Source of the DNA: an uncultured virus (IMG/VR IMGVR_UViG_3300020048_000025) | Taxonomy: Duplodnaviria > Heunggongvirae > Uroviricota > Caudoviricetes | DNA: 64,000 nucleotides | IMG/VR virus record: IMGVR_UViG_3300020048_000025 | Strand: one strand, 5' to 3' | The notes under the pieces: generated by a model | Database searches by the model: none | Told to the model about the DNA's origin: nothing | The model's input: only the letters and a program-made list of their open reading frames with translations | In this document: one piece after another, positions 41,090 through 51,755 of the stretch | Position numbering within the stretch: the first letter of the stretch is position 1 | Layout of the letters: the number at the start of each line of letters is the position of its first letter | Translations under genes and position numbers: made by a program

Positions 41090-42061
41090 ATGAAAAAAAC
41101 ATATTTACCTTACCTTTTGCTATTTTGCGCACTTGGATTGTCCGCAACAGCAGCATACTACAGTGTAGTTGGACTCGCAGTGATATTCTCCAGCGTAGCC
41201 ATACCAGTTGTAATCATGGGCACATTTTTGGAAATATCCAAAATATCTATTGCCACTTACCTACATAATTCATGGAGTAAAATATACACCGCAATGAAAG
41301 TATATCTGGTTATTGCTGTGGTAGTGCTATCATTCATTACCTCACTGGGTATATATGGTTTATTGAGTGGTGGTTTCCACCAAAACATATCCAAACTAGA
41401 GGTGGGCGAGCGTGTAATTCAAAGCGTGAACGTAAAAAAGCAACGCTATGAGCAAATCAAGCAGGAATATATCGTGGAAAAACACACGCTAGACAAAGAC
41501 ATATCCGCGCTTAGAGGCGCATTGTCAACCAACTCCACATTGTCCCATGTAGACAAAAAGACCGGCGCTGTTATTAACACGGAAAGCGCAGGTAACCGTA
41601 AAGCATACGAGGCACAATTGCGTGAAACATCCCAAACACGAAACGAGCTCACACACAAGATAGATGTACTGAACGATTCAATCACCGCACTTGACATGCA
41701 CGTGCTAGATTTGGAAAACACTGAAAATTCATCCAGTGAATTAGGCGTAATCAAATACATACATGAGCTAACTGGATGGAGCATGAAAGGAATCGCAAAC
41801 GTATTCATATTGCTACTCATATTTGTGTTCGATCCTTTAGCCATCATGCTTGTGGTAGCCACAAACCAAGCATTTGAATCAGCCAAACCAAAATTCAACA
41901 TATATGGTGAAATAAAACAAGACGATCCAGTGCAACCCGCACCAATATACAGCGCGGAGGACGTTATTTATCCCATAGTGGAGGAAAAACCGGCACGTGA
42001 TGTCACTAGCGAATTGAGAAAACAATTGTTCGGCAATGACGACACTTCCAAGACCTACTAG
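41090..42061 (+). CDS. Membrane protein with coiled-coil domain
   Basis: Three N-terminal hydrophobic segments, coiled coil, then IFVFDPLAIML helix; start moved to ATG 41090. Confidence 0.7.
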   Translation: MKKTYLPYLLLFCALGLSATAAYYSVVGLAVIFSSVAIPVVIMGTFLEISKISIATYLHNSWSKIYTAMKVYLVIAVVVLSFITSLGIYGLLSGGFHQNISKLEVGERVIQSVNVKKQRYEQIKQEYIVEKHTLDKDISALRGALSTNSTLSHVDKKTGAVINTESAGNRKAYEAQLRETSQTRNELTHKIDVLNDSITALDMHVLDLENTENSSSELGVIKYIHELTGWSMKGIANVFILLLIFVFDPLAIMLVVATNQAFESAKPKFNIYGEIKQDDPVQPAPIYSAEDVIYPIVEEKPARDVTSELRKQLFGNDDTSKTY

Positions 42062-42143
42062 AGTTGTTGTATACGTATAAACATAACCACACAGAGATAG
42101 TGGAACGTTTTGTTTATGTAGAATGCATTAACATTAATATTAA

Positions 42144-42866
42144 ATGGAAGCAATATTCAACGCACTTGTAAACAAATTTAGCAATTTATCACCACTACTG
42201 ACATTCATCTTCATCATTCTAGCAACAACCATGTACTTATTCAAGGATGCAATATCCAAGAAAATACAAGAGTACCGTATGCGCAGAAACAGTGACTCAA
42301 CATCAGAAGATGGGCAATACGATTTCGACGATTTAGCATACCATGACCTGTTTAGCGTCATATTTGAAGTTAGATCCGCAATTAAACACCACCATTTCCA
42401 CGAGGAAGACGGTGGTGAAACCAAAACACGCATATTCCACGATTTCCTTAACATCATGTTAAACGAAATATTCGAAAACATGAAACAACTTATCGCAAAC
42501 ATAGCCGCACAACACAAAGCAGGGGATGTATCGCGTGATGAGTTGAAGCAAATGATACGCAAATCACTAAACGTGATTGTAGATAGTTATTGTGTGAAAG
42601 GTGAGCACCATTTAATCGACAAGGGCCTCACCAAAAAGGACGCAACATATGTTGTTGATCTATTCGAGAAATGGAGAAGCGAAACACGCGCATCAATCAA
42701 TTCCCGTATTGACGCAATATTTGCCAGCTCATTCCACACCACAAATTTTCAGCGCACATTAGCGGTATATGAGCTAATCAGCGTGTCGGTATCATTGATA
42801 CCGAAAGACGGAATCCGTTCATTTGAATCCATGAACGGCAAATTCAAAACCATCCAGTATGAGTAG
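42144..42866 (+). CDS. Membrane-anchored protein, possibly holin-like
   Basis: One N-terminal transmembrane segment followed by a soluble helical domain, at the end of the lysis block. Confidence 0.6.
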   Translation: MEAIFNALVNKFSNLSPLLTFIFIILATTMYLFKDAISKKIQEYRMRRNSDSTSEDGQYDFDDLAYHDLFSVIFEVRSAIKHHHFHEEDGGETKTRIFHDFLNIMLNEIFENMKQLIANIAAQHKAGDVSRDELKQMIRKSLNVIVDSYCVKGEHHLIDKGLTKKDATYVVDLFEKWRSETRASINSRIDAIFASSFHTTNFQRTLAVYELISVSVSLIPKDGIRSFESMNGKFKTIQYE

Positions 42867-42968
42867 TGAATGCCTTTAAAGTTAGTTACACAAATTGGCT
42901 CCCGCAAGGAGCCACTTTTGTCTTTTTCCACCATATGTATTATAGTAATAACTTTAAACATTTAACTT

Positions 42969-43769
42969 ATGAACATTTACGGACGAGTTGGTTGGAGAAC
43001 CGCTGCTGTAGCACCCTCAGTAGACGACGCCCAAGCATTCATATTGGCTGCTGGAATAACCGATCCAACTCAACAATCAGCAATTACCACACTGGTATCT
43101 CAATTGAAAACCTACGGTATCTGGGGTAAAATGAAAGCAATTTACCCATTCGTGGGAGGTAGCGCATCATCTCATAAATTCAACCTAAAAGATCCACGCG
43201 ACTTAGATGCAGCGTTTAGATTAACTTTCTTTGGGGGTTGGACACACAGCTCAACTGGTGCTAAACCAAATGGAACAACTGGATATGCAAATACATTATT
43301 CCAACCATCAATATCATCTACTTTAAATTCACATGGTATAGGTTATTATGCTACTGAAAACACGACTAATCTAGGCGACCCTATTCAAATGGGTGCTAAT
43401 AATTCGGGCACACAATCATTAATTTTAGCTTCTAAAAACACAACTATGTTTGGTGCTGCTGACGGAACAAACATCAGTGGTGCTATCAGTGGTGGTGCTG
43501 GGTTATTTTCAGTACATAGAACCTCATCTACAGTTACAACAATATATAAAAATGCGGCATTAATAAATTCGGGCAATAGTGGGGGGTCATTACCTATTGC
43601 TATGATTTACATAGGTAATATTTCAGTAAATTACATTCCTTACAGCTCTGGTTATGTCAATAGTGAATTTAGATTATCATATATTTCCGATGGTTTAACA
43701 GACGCAGAAGCAGCTAACTTCTACACAGCAGTTCAAGCATACCAAACCACTCTTGGCAGAGCAGTATAA
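42969..43769 (+). CDS. Cassette copy 3 (duplicate of 38506)
   Basis: Identical translation. Confidence 0.6.
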   Translation: MNIYGRVGWRTAAVAPSVDDAQAFILAAGITDPTQQSAITTLVSQLKTYGIWGKMKAIYPFVGGSASSHKFNLKDPRDLDAAFRLTFFGGWTHSSTGAKPNGTTGYANTLFQPSISSTLNSHGIGYYATENTTNLGDPIQMGANNSGTQSLILASKNTTMFGAADGTNISGAISGGAGLFSVHRTSSTVTTIYKNAALINSGNSGGSLPIAMIYIGNISVNYIPYSSGYVNSEFRLSYISDGLTDAEAANFYTAVQAYQTTLGRAV

Positions 43770-43789
43770 CCCACTAAACATACTACAAA

Positions 43790-44005
43790 ATGAAAGTAAG
43801 ACAATTAACCGAAGAACAAAAAGACCAATTAGTTGGACAAACATACGATGGCGTACAATTCTTTAACCCTACTTTGGATGCAGATGGTAACTGGTTTATT
43901 TCGAATGAAGAGGTAAACAACTGCACACACGCAGGTGTAAACGAATGGATACACGAATTACCAGAAATTGACTACAATCCAGTGGTAAGTGAATTGCCAT
44001 TCTAA
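43790..44005 (+). CDS. 71-aa partner (duplicate of 39327)
   Basis: Identical translation. Confidence 0.6.
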   Translation: MKVRQLTEEQKDQLVGQTYDGVQFFNPTLDADGNWFISNEEVNNCTHAGVNEWIHELPEIDYNPVVSELPF

Positions 44006-44085
44006 TTCATTTTCAATTCCCCATCAAATAGCCACCCCTCAAAAGGTGGCTTTCTCTCTGTATATTTATTTACAAACAACCAACC

Positions 44086-44295
44086 ATGAAAAAACTACTA
44101 AAAAATTACTGGGCACCAACACCAAAAAAATGGCGTAAACTTGGTGACGCATTGTTAACCGTAAGCACAACAATCACTGGTTTTTCAATTGCCATGGACC
44201 ACAAAACACTTGCATATACAGCACTTATATGCGGTATATTAGGTAAAGTAATCACTAATTTATTCACTGAAACTCAACAAACTGAAAACATATGA
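44086..44295 (+). CDS. Putative holin (duplicate)
   Basis: Identical to 39623. Confidence 0.55.
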   Translation: MKKLLKNYWAPTPKKWRKLGDALLTVSTTITGFSIAMDHKTLAYTALICGILGKVITNLFTETQQTENI

Positions 44296-44876
44296 GCAAC
44301 GTACGTAACTACACAGACAAAGAAATACTAGACCGCATCAAGTCACTTTCATCCTTCAAAACCATACCAACCAAAAAATTCATTGTTGGCTTCCGCTCAA
44401 ACGAGGATGCACCAAACAAATTCGACGACAAATTCTATATGTTCGAAGGTGAAAAATTCATCGATGTAGTAACAGGCACAACCAACCCAGGTACACCTGT
44501 GTTACAGGGTGGATACTTGAAATACAACAAAGTGGGAGCCGCTGTAGTGAAAGCAGACATGTGGTACTACGATGTATGGGCGTATGGTTTGCATATGGGC
44601 AAGATGCCAGCACTTAGACAAGTTGCACCAATCACTGTATATCGCGATGGCGACAAAGATGGCAAATCGGAGGAAATCGGTGCACCAATCACAGGACTGT
44701 ACGGTATTAACTTCCATGCAGCAACATACAACAATGCATTCACTGGATTGCAAGAAAACATTGGCGAATGGTCAGCAGGATGCCAGGTGGTAAACGATAA
44801 GCAGAAACACTTGAAGTGGATCGAAATGTTGAAAACACAATCCCGTGTAAGTTATGTATTGTTGAACGAATTTTAA
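44292..44876 (+). CDS. L,D-transpeptidase-like enzyme (duplicate)
   Basis: Identical to 39829. Confidence 0.55.
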   Translation: MSNVRNYTDKEILDRIKSLSSFKTIPTKKFIVGFRSNEDAPNKFDDKFYMFEGEKFIDVVTGTTNPGTPVLQGGYLKYNKVGAAVVKADMWYYDVWAYGLHMGKMPALRQVAPITVYRDGDKDGKSEEIGAPITGLYGINFHAATYNNAFTGLQENIGEWSAGCQVVNDKQKHLKWIEMLKTQSRVSYVLLNEF

Positions 44877-44885
44877 TACAATAAC

Positions 44886-45515
44886 ATGAGCCTTAAAGCA
44901 CTACAAGAGAAAATAGGGGTGTTGGCCGATGGTAATTTCGGACCGAAAACACTTAAAGCAGCCGCTGCATACTTCAAATTCACACCCGAACGTGCTGCAC
45001 ATTTCTTCGGGCAAGTTGCAACCGAAACAGGTAACTTTGCAGCATTTAGCGAGAACTTAAACTACTCAGCAGATGGACTGCAACGCATATTTGGCAAATA
45101 TTTTCCAGGCGATCTAGAAAAACAATACGCTAGACAACCAGAGAAAATAGCCAATCGTGTATACGGTAGCAGAATGGGCAACGGTCCGGAGGCAAGCGGA
45201 GACGGGTGGAAATACCGTGGAAGAGGTGCTGTGCAATTGACAGGTAAATCAAACTACCAAACATTCGCAACGTACTTGAAAAACGCGGAAATCATGAACA
45301 ACCCAAATTTGGTTGCCACTACATATGCATTTGAATCAGCTATATTTTTCTTTGAGCGAAACAAATTGTGGCAATACACAGTGAAAGTAGACCATCCATC
45401 TATACTCAAACTATCCCGTTCCATTAACCTAGGCAACGCTAACTCAACAGCGACACCCCATGGGCTAGATAGCCGCATCAAATTCACAGAACAATTTTAT
45501 TCTTGGTTGAAATAA
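44886..45515 (+). CDS. GH19 endolysin (duplicate)
   Basis: Identical to 40423. Confidence 0.8.
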   Translation: MSLKALQEKIGVLADGNFGPKTLKAAAAYFKFTPERAAHFFGQVATETGNFAAFSENLNYSADGLQRIFGKYFPGDLEKQYARQPEKIANRVYGSRMGNGPEASGDGWKYRGRGAVQLTGKSNYQTFATYLKNAEIMNNPNLVATTYAFESAIFFFERNKLWQYTVKVDHPSILKLSRSINLGNANSTATPHGLDSRIKFTEQFYSWLK

Positions 45516-45552
45516 TTTGGAGCCCCGCAATTTTTTCCATACATTTATGCCC

Positions 45553-46524
45553 ATGAAAAAAACATATTTACCTTACCTTTTGCTATTTTGCGCACTTGGA
45601 TTGTCCGCAACAGCAGCATACTACAGTGTAGTTGGACTCGCAGTGATATTCTCCAGCGTAGCCATACCAGTTGTAATCATGGGCACATTTTTGGAAATAT
45701 CCAAAATATCTATTGCCACTTACCTACATAATTCATGGAGTAAAATATACACCGCAATGAAAGTATATCTGGTTATTGCTGTGGTAGTGCTATCATTCAT
45801 TACCTCACTGGGTATATATGGTTTATTGAGTGGTGGTTTCCACCAAAACATATCCAAACTAGAGGTGGGCGAGCGTGTAATTCAAAGCGTGAACGTAAAA
45901 AAGCAACGCTATGAGCAAATCAAGCAGGAATATATCGTGGAAAAACACACGCTAGACAAAGACATATCCGCGCTTAGAGGCGCATTGTCAACCAACTCCA
46001 CATTGTCCCATGTAGACAAAAAGACCGGCGCTGTTATTAACACGGAAAGCGCAGGTAACCGTAAAGCATACGAGGCACAATTGCGTGAAACATCCCAAAC
46101 ACGAAACGAGCTCACACACAAGATAGATGTACTGAACGATTCAATCACCGCACTTGACATGCACGTGCTAGATTTGGAAAACACTGAAAATTCATCCAGT
46201 GAATTAGGCGTAATCAAATACATACATGAGCTAACTGGATGGAGCATGAAAGGAATCGCAAACGTATTCATATTGCTACTCATATTTGTGTTCGATCCTT
46301 TAGCCATCATGCTTGTGGTAGCCACAAACCAAGCATTTGAATCAGCCAAACCAAAATTCAACATATATGGTGAAATAAAACAAGACGATCCAGTGCAACC
46401 CGCACCAATATACAGCGCGGAGGACGTTATTTATCCCATAGTGGAGGAAAAACCGGCACGTGATGTCACTAGCGAATTGAGAAAACAATTGTTCGGCAAT
46501 GACGACACTTCCAAGACCTACTAG
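45553..46524 (+). CDS. Membrane coiled-coil protein (duplicate)
   Basis: Identical to 41090. Confidence 0.6.
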   Translation: MKKTYLPYLLLFCALGLSATAAYYSVVGLAVIFSSVAIPVVIMGTFLEISKISIATYLHNSWSKIYTAMKVYLVIAVVVLSFITSLGIYGLLSGGFHQNISKLEVGERVIQSVNVKKQRYEQIKQEYIVEKHTLDKDISALRGALSTNSTLSHVDKKTGAVINTESAGNRKAYEAQLRETSQTRNELTHKIDVLNDSITALDMHVLDLENTENSSSELGVIKYIHELTGWSMKGIANVFILLLIFVFDPLAIMLVVATNQAFESAKPKFNIYGEIKQDDPVQPAPIYSAEDVIYPIVEEKPARDVTSELRKQLFGNDDTSKTY

Positions 46525-46606
46525 AGTTGTTGTATACGTATAAACATAACCACACAGAGATAGTGGAACGTTTTGTTTATGTAGAATGCATTAACATTAA
46601 TATTAA

Positions 46607-47319
46607 ATGGAAGCAATATTCAACGCACTTGTAAACAAATTTAGCAATTTATCACCACTACTGACATTCATCTTCATCATTCTAGCAACAACCATGTACT
46701 TATTCAAGGATGCAATATCCAAGAAAATACAAGAGTACCGTATGCGCAGAAACAGTGACTCAACATCAGAAGATGGGCAATACGATTTCGACGATTTAGC
46801 ATACCATGACCTGTTTAGCGTCATATTTGAAGTTAGATCCGCAATTAAACACCACCATTTCCACGAGGAAGACGGTGGTGAAACCAAAACACGCATATTC
46901 CACGATTTCCTTAACATCATGTTAAACGAAATATTCGAAAACATGAAACAACTTATCGCAAACATAGCCGCACAACACAAAGCAGGGGATGTATCGCGTG
47001 ATGAGTTGAAGCAAATGATACGCAAATCACTAAACGTGATTGTAGATAGTTATTGTGTGAAAGGTGAGCACCATTTAATCGACAAGGGCCTCACCAAAAA
47101 GGACGCAACATATGTTGTTGATCTATTCGAGAAATGGAGAAGCGAAACACGCGCATCAATCAATTCCCGTATTGACGCAATATTTGCCAGCTCATTCCAC
47201 ACCACAAATTTTCAGCGCACATTAGCGGTATATGAGCTAATCAGCGTGTCGGTATCATTGATACCGAAAGACGGAATCCGTTCATTTGAATCCATGAACG
47301 GCAAATTCAAAACCATCCA
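46607..47319 (+). CDS. Membrane-anchored protein (duplicate of 42144), cut by the assembly gap
   Basis: Identical up to the gap; its 3' end (...KTIQYE*) reappears at 47420-47484. Confidence 0.6.
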
Positions 47320-47419
47320 NNNNNNNNNNNNNNNNNNNNNNNNNNNNNNNNNNNNNNNNNNNNNNNNNNNNNNNNNNNNNNNNNNNNNNNNNNNNNNNNN
47401 NNNNNNNNNNNNNNNNNNN
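47320..47419. other. Scaffold gap (100 N)
   Basis: N run; the flanks repeat about 55 nt, implying overlap rather than missing sequence. Confidence 0.98.
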
Positions 47420-47594
47420 CGAAAGACGGAATCCGTTCATTTGAATCCATGAACGGCAAATTCAAAACCATCCAATATGAGTAGGGGGTATATTTAAAGT
47501 TAGTTACACAAATTGGCTCCGCAAGGAGCCATTTTAGTTGAAATATATTTGGCTACCACAATATTTATTCGTATATTGTATCAAAATTAAGGTT

Positions 47595-48101
47595 ATGCTA
47601 TACACAACTCACACACCCGAATTAATCGACAAACAGATCTCGCGTTTGCAACCACTCAACTACAACCAGTTCAGATGGTGGAGACGATTCGACACAAAAT
47701 ACAAACCACTACCGAAAGGCGCATCATTTTACCAGCGTATACGTAATGGTGAATTTGAATTCAGCCACTACTTTTGGCAAGCAAACCACTGCGAACACGA
47801 AATCAACCAAAAATACAGCGAGTGCGGTTCAGACATGCAAAAAATGCTGGAAAAATACGCAGTTGATTTTGCTCGCCGCAAGCGATTGTGGGAAGATTTC
47901 AACACACACGAGACGGATATGCTGGATTCAATATGCAAAAATTTCATGCGTGAATTTGGGTTAACCAAAGAACAGTACATGCTTAAAGCAGAAACATTTG
48001 ACGGTACACTAGAGGAACTGTATATTCACATACAAAAAACACACCCCACACTCACAACCAAAGTAGAGCGTCGTGGCAGACCAAAAAAACAAACCATATG
48101 A
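47595..48101 (+). CDS. Hypothetical protein
   Basis: ATG 47595 downstream of a TTG-N20-TATATT promoter; YNQFRWWRR. Confidence 0.65.
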   Translation: MLYTTHTPELIDKQISRLQPLNYNQFRWWRRFDTKYKPLPKGASFYQRIRNGEFEFSHYFWQANHCEHEINQKYSECGSDMQKMLEKYAVDFARRKRLWEDFNTHETDMLDSICKNFMREFGLTKEQYMLKAETFDGTLEELYIHIQKTHPTLTTKVERRGRPKKQTI

Positions 48102-48331
48102 AATACACAACACTAGCACTACTAGCGATGCTCGCTAGCTGCAACTACAAACCCAGACCACGTGAAACGGTGGAATGCGTAATTGACTCAATCTCGTGCA
48201 CGATACCAATTTCACCAATATACGCTGAACCAACATTCACGTTACACACTGACTGTAACGTAAACATTTATGTAAATCGTCACCACACTTACAGTGTGGG
48301 CGACACTGTATCGTATATTAAAATAAAATAA
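48098..48331 (+). CDS. Putative lipoprotein
   Basis: MKYTTLALLAMLASC lipobox-like signal. Confidence 0.55.
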   Translation: MKYTTLALLAMLASCNYKPRPRETVECVIDSISCTIPISPIYAEPTFTLHTDCNVNIYVNRHHTYSVGDTVSYIKIK

Positions 48332-48333
48332 AC

Positions 48334-48852
48334 ATGAGACAATTCATTCAAGGCGTACGCAATTTAATCAAATGGTTCCCCATTGTATGGCGCGATCGTG
48401 ACTGGGACTATTCATTCACATACGATATGCTCAAATTCAAAATGGAGCAGCAAGCAAACCACTTGAGCGAGAACACCGTATTTGTAAACTCACAAGCATA
48501 TGCGGATCATGCCCGCACCATAGCCAAATTAATCGAATGTGTTCGCGAAGACCACTATGGAGTGGAATATTTTGACTACCATGAATGCGATTGGGAATTC
48601 AATGACATAGAAGATAGCCCAGGATATTCATCTTTGGATATACGCGTTATATCTGAAGATTTCGACTCGTATTTCGCAAAATATTCTCGCGCATACAAGC
48701 AAATACTTGCGGGTAAAATTAATGTAGGCTTCGATGTCGACACAAATAGCAAAAAAGACATTGCATTCGCTATCTGCGTACACAACAGTAACCGTTGCAA
48801 ACGTATATTGTATGCTATGTTGGAAAAAAACTTGGAAACACTATGGACTTAA
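48334..48852 (+). CDS. Hypothetical protein
   Basis: NLIKWFPIVWRDRDWDY; tightly packed ORF. Confidence 0.65.
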   Translation: MRQFIQGVRNLIKWFPIVWRDRDWDYSFTYDMLKFKMEQQANHLSENTVFVNSQAYADHARTIAKLIECVREDHYGVEYFDYHECDWEFNDIEDSPGYSSLDIRVISEDFDSYFAKYSRAYKQILAGKINVGFDVDTNSKKDIAFAICVHNSNRCKRILYAMLEKNLETLWT

Positions 48853-48866
48853 CATATATTTAAACC

Positions 48867-49583
48867 ATGCTTAGACTTACACTTATATCCGACACTCACG
48901 CAAAACACAACCAGTTAAACGGTGATTTACCTGGAGGAGATATACTTTTGTGTGCTGGCGATTTCATGACCGATGGCTATAGCCAAACCGAAGCATGTCA
49001 ATTCTTCGAATGGTTCAACAACATCAACACATACGATGCAAAAATATTCATCGCAGGTAACCATGATCGCATCATGCAAAACGAACCGGAAATTATGCGT
49101 GGTATATTAACCGAATACAAAACCATCGACTATCTTGAAGACGAGGAGTGCGTGCTGTATTTTGATGGAGTAAACGGAGATGAACCAGAGCAAAACATTC
49201 GCATTTATGGCTCGCCATGGCAGCCTGAGTTTTATTCGTGGGCTTTCAACCTGCCACGCAATGGAGAGGAACTGGCGGCAAAATGGGCAGCCATACCAGC
49301 CAACACAGATATACTCATCACGCACGGACCCGCTTGGGGATACAACGATACAACCCAGTATCGTCGCGATACACATTTGGGTTGTGAGTTGCTACGCGAG
49401 CGAATTGATGTAATTCGACCGAAAATACATTTGGCGGGTCACATCCATAGTGGACATAATTACTACTACGATGGACATACACACCACTTTAACGCATCCG
49501 TTTTAAACGAGCGATACAATTACGCAAATTTACCATTCACATTCAACTGGAACCCAATCACAAACGAAATCATTTGGATATGA
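48867..49583 (+). CDS. Calcineurin-like metallophosphoesterase
   Basis: SDTH, AGD, AGNHD, THGP and GHIH motifs. Confidence 0.92.
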   Translation: MLRLTLISDTHAKHNQLNGDLPGGDILLCAGDFMTDGYSQTEACQFFEWFNNINTYDAKIFIAGNHDRIMQNEPEIMRGILTEYKTIDYLEDEECVLYFDGVNGDEPEQNIRIYGSPWQPEFYSWAFNLPRNGEELAAKWAAIPANTDILITHGPAWGYNDTTQYRRDTHLGCELLRERIDVIRPKIHLAGHIHSGHNYYYDGHTHHFNASVLNERYNYANLPFTFNWNPITNEIIWI

Positions 49584-49831
49584 CGCTAGACGAATTCAAC
49601 GAAAAATGGAAGAAACACATATACAAGCGGTATCCTGGCTTGCAAATAGATGATGTGCGTGTAATTGAATACTGCGATACAAAATTTGAGCAAATTTTAC
49701 ACATATACCCAAATTTCCACTGTACCTCCATACACAACCGTTATGGTATAACGCGTTGTAACATAGTGAATGTGATTGAGGAAGTGGGGGAGGAAATAGT
49801 GCGCGAAATAGATGAAATACTTAACTCATGA
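49574..49831 (+). CDS. Hypothetical protein
   Basis: 85-aa ORF overlapping both neighbours. Confidence 0.5.
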   Translation: MDMTLDEFNEKWKKHIYKRYPGLQIDDVRVIEYCDTKFEQILHIYPNFHCTSIHNRYGITRCNIVNVIEEVGEEIVREIDEILNS

Positions 49832-50763
49832 AACACTACATACTTTACTTATTTTTGCTCCTCCCAACCATATGTTGGAGTCAAACCACCATTATAACCC
49901 AGCAATTCTCCACTGTAGCGCCCGCGGGATGGTCATCAACCACCTCCTCGTGGAATTTTGTATACAATGCATCCACAACTGGCAATTCATTATCCGGTGC
50001 ATACTCAGCAAGATTGTCATCAGCTTCCACGGGCAATGGCAAGTACATTTATATTCCAGTTACAGTGGCAACTGGAAACACATACAAAGTCAAATTCTAC
50101 ACAAAGCGGGCATGTGGTGTTACCGTTAACCTAAACGAGACAGCAAACCAAACCACACTCATATCCACCTCTAGTGCAACCAATACCGGATGTTCATCCA
50201 ATTTCAGCACATGGTATATGTGGGAAGTGAATTTATTTTCAACGTACGATGGAGTCGCATATATTCAAATACTAGTGGGTACTGTATATGGTGGACCTAC
50301 ATCAGTGTATTTAGATGATGTAACCATCACCTATACAACACCCGTATCGCTCCCAATCGAGTTACTGTATTTCAAAGCATATGGTAACCCACAATTCAAC
50401 CGACTTAAATGGTGTTGCGCTACTGAAACCATGAACTGGTATTTCACTGTGTACCGCAGTGAAGATGGAATGGTGTGGTTACCTATAGCAAAACAACCGG
50501 GTGCTGGAACTACACCCCACCAAACATGCTATCAAGCCACCGATACCAATGTTTCGGAAAACGTTGTATACTACAAGTTAACCCAAACAGATTTCGATGG
50601 CAGCGAACACGAATGTGAAATAGTTTCACTATTTAATCCCGTTCCCATCAAGCAAATATCCCATATATTGGATATTGAAGGGAGATACGTTGGCGAAGGT
50701 TATGTGGGGTGGGTTATTGTCATTTATTCTGATTCATCAGCTCATTTAATGTACCAAGAGTGA
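49828..50763 (+). CDS. Secreted protein resembling Bacteroidota T9SS cargo
   Basis: Signal peptide MKHYILYLFLLLPTICWS; CBM-like beta domain; LPIELLYF..LKW..ATE..N.YF.V.RS.DG..W domain; YYKLTQTDFDG. Confidence 0.7.
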   Translation: MKHYILYLFLLLPTICWSQTTIITQQFSTVAPAGWSSTTSSWNFVYNASTTGNSLSGAYSARLSSASTGNGKYIYIPVTVATGNTYKVKFYTKRACGVTVNLNETANQTTLISTSSATNTGCSSNFSTWYMWEVNLFSTYDGVAYIQILVGTVYGGPTSVYLDDVTITYTTPVSLPIELLYFKAYGNPQFNRLKWCCATETMNWYFTVYRSEDGMVWLPIAKQPGAGTTPHQTCYQATDTNVSENVVYYKLTQTDFDGSEHECEIVSLFNPVPIKQISHILDIEGRYVGEGYVGWVIVIYSDSSAHLMYQE

Positions 50764-50823
50764 AATATTTTTGTGTGGTATGCGACTTTGGTGGAATCCA
50801 GTAATATGTATGGGCATATATAA

Positions 50824-50896
50824 GGGGGTTTAGCTCAGTTGGTAGAGCGTCTGCCTTGCACGCAGAAGGTCAACAGTTCAACTCTGTTAATCTCCA
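50824..50896 (+). tRNA. tRNA-Ala (UGC), CCA not encoded
   Basis: Acceptor GGGGGTT/AATCTCC with G3:U70; D arm GCTCAGTTGGTAGAGC; anticodon arm TCTGC-CTTGCAC-GCAGA; TTCAA T-loop. Confidence 0.93.
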
Positions 50897-50906
50897 CTTC
50901 ACTCTA

Positions 50907-50951
50907 GAAAGGTTCATTCTGATTTAATCCAGTTTGAACCTTTCCTTTTTT
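50907..50951 (+). terminator. Terminator after tRNA-Ala
   Basis: GAAAGGTTCA...TGAACCTTTC plus a T run. Confidence 0.7.
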
Positions 50952-50993
50952 CACCATATTTATACTTGTAATAACTTTAAACAATTTAAAAAA

Positions 50994-51734
50994 ATGGGAA
51001 TACTCATAAACGGACAAGTAGGTTGGAGAACTGCTGCAGTAGTTGGACCACAACCTTCAACACCACTAACCACTGGCTTATATTCAGTATATAATGCTGA
51101 AAACAATGCAAATGACTCATTTGGGTCAAACAATGGAACAGCTGTTGGTGGATTAACTTACTCTACTGGTAAAATTGGACAAGCATTCCAATTTAATGGT
51201 AGTAATGCATATGTTAGTTTACCAAATAATTCATTGAATTTTACTGGTGATTTTAGTGTGTCTATGTGGATTAACCCAACAAGTGTATCAGGATTCTCGG
51301 GGTTATTTGGAAATCAAATAGGTGTTACTTATGCAAATTTTTACGGATATTTATGTTTTATAAATGCAGGATATATTTATTTTGATATTTATAATGGTGC
51401 GAGTGGTAGTGCAACAGGTAGATGGAAAACTACAAGTGCTATCTCAACAAGTGTTTGGACACACGTAACAATTGTTAAAAAACCAAATCAAGCGGTAAAA
51501 TATTATATAAATGGAACATTAGATGCAGCAGTATTAACATATGGCTCTGATAATGGTAATCTTGTTTATCACACAACAAATTTAGGTACACTCGGGGCGA
51601 ATAGATATTCTTTGGGTACTGATGCTTATTACAACGGAAAAATTGACGCAGTTAACACTTGGACAAAAGAACTAACTCAATCAGAAATAACCGAACTATA
51701 CAACTCAGGAACTGGCAAACAATACCCATTTTAA
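50994..51734 (+). CDS. LamG/concanavalin-A-like protein, cassette copy 4
   Basis: GKIGQAFQFNG, FSVSMWINP, WTHVTIV, YINGTL, YNGKIDAV, LTQSEITELYN; shares leader DNA and GQVGWR N-terminus with copies 1-3. Confidence 0.8.
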   Translation: MGILINGQVGWRTAAVVGPQPSTPLTTGLYSVYNAENNANDSFGSNNGTAVGGLTYSTGKIGQAFQFNGSNAYVSLPNNSLNFTGDFSVSMWINPTSVSGFSGLFGNQIGVTYANFYGYLCFINAGYIYFDIYNGASGSATGRWKTTSAISTSVWTHVTIVKKPNQAVKYYINGTLDAAVLTYGSDNGNLVYHTTNLGTLGANRYSLGTDAYYNGKIDAVNTWTKELTQSEITELYNSGTGKQYPF

Positions 51735-51755
51735 TTAACCACTAAACTTTAAACA

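Larger units (their letters stand above)
38479..47319. repeat. Tandem duplication with 4463-bp period (38479-42856 = 42942-47319)
   Basis: Identical translations offset by exactly 4463 nt; second copy runs into a 100-N gap. Confidence 0.95.

Noticed and set aside
42062..42143. Possible structured leader (ATAAACA/TGTTTAT and CCAC/GTGG pairing) before the 240-aa gene
   Set aside because: Weak AT-rich pairing that could arise by chance; the second copy is not independent evidence
46607..47452. 281-aa ORF with a novel C-terminus
   Set aside because: Artefact of translating through the N gap; the true end matches the 240-aa copy
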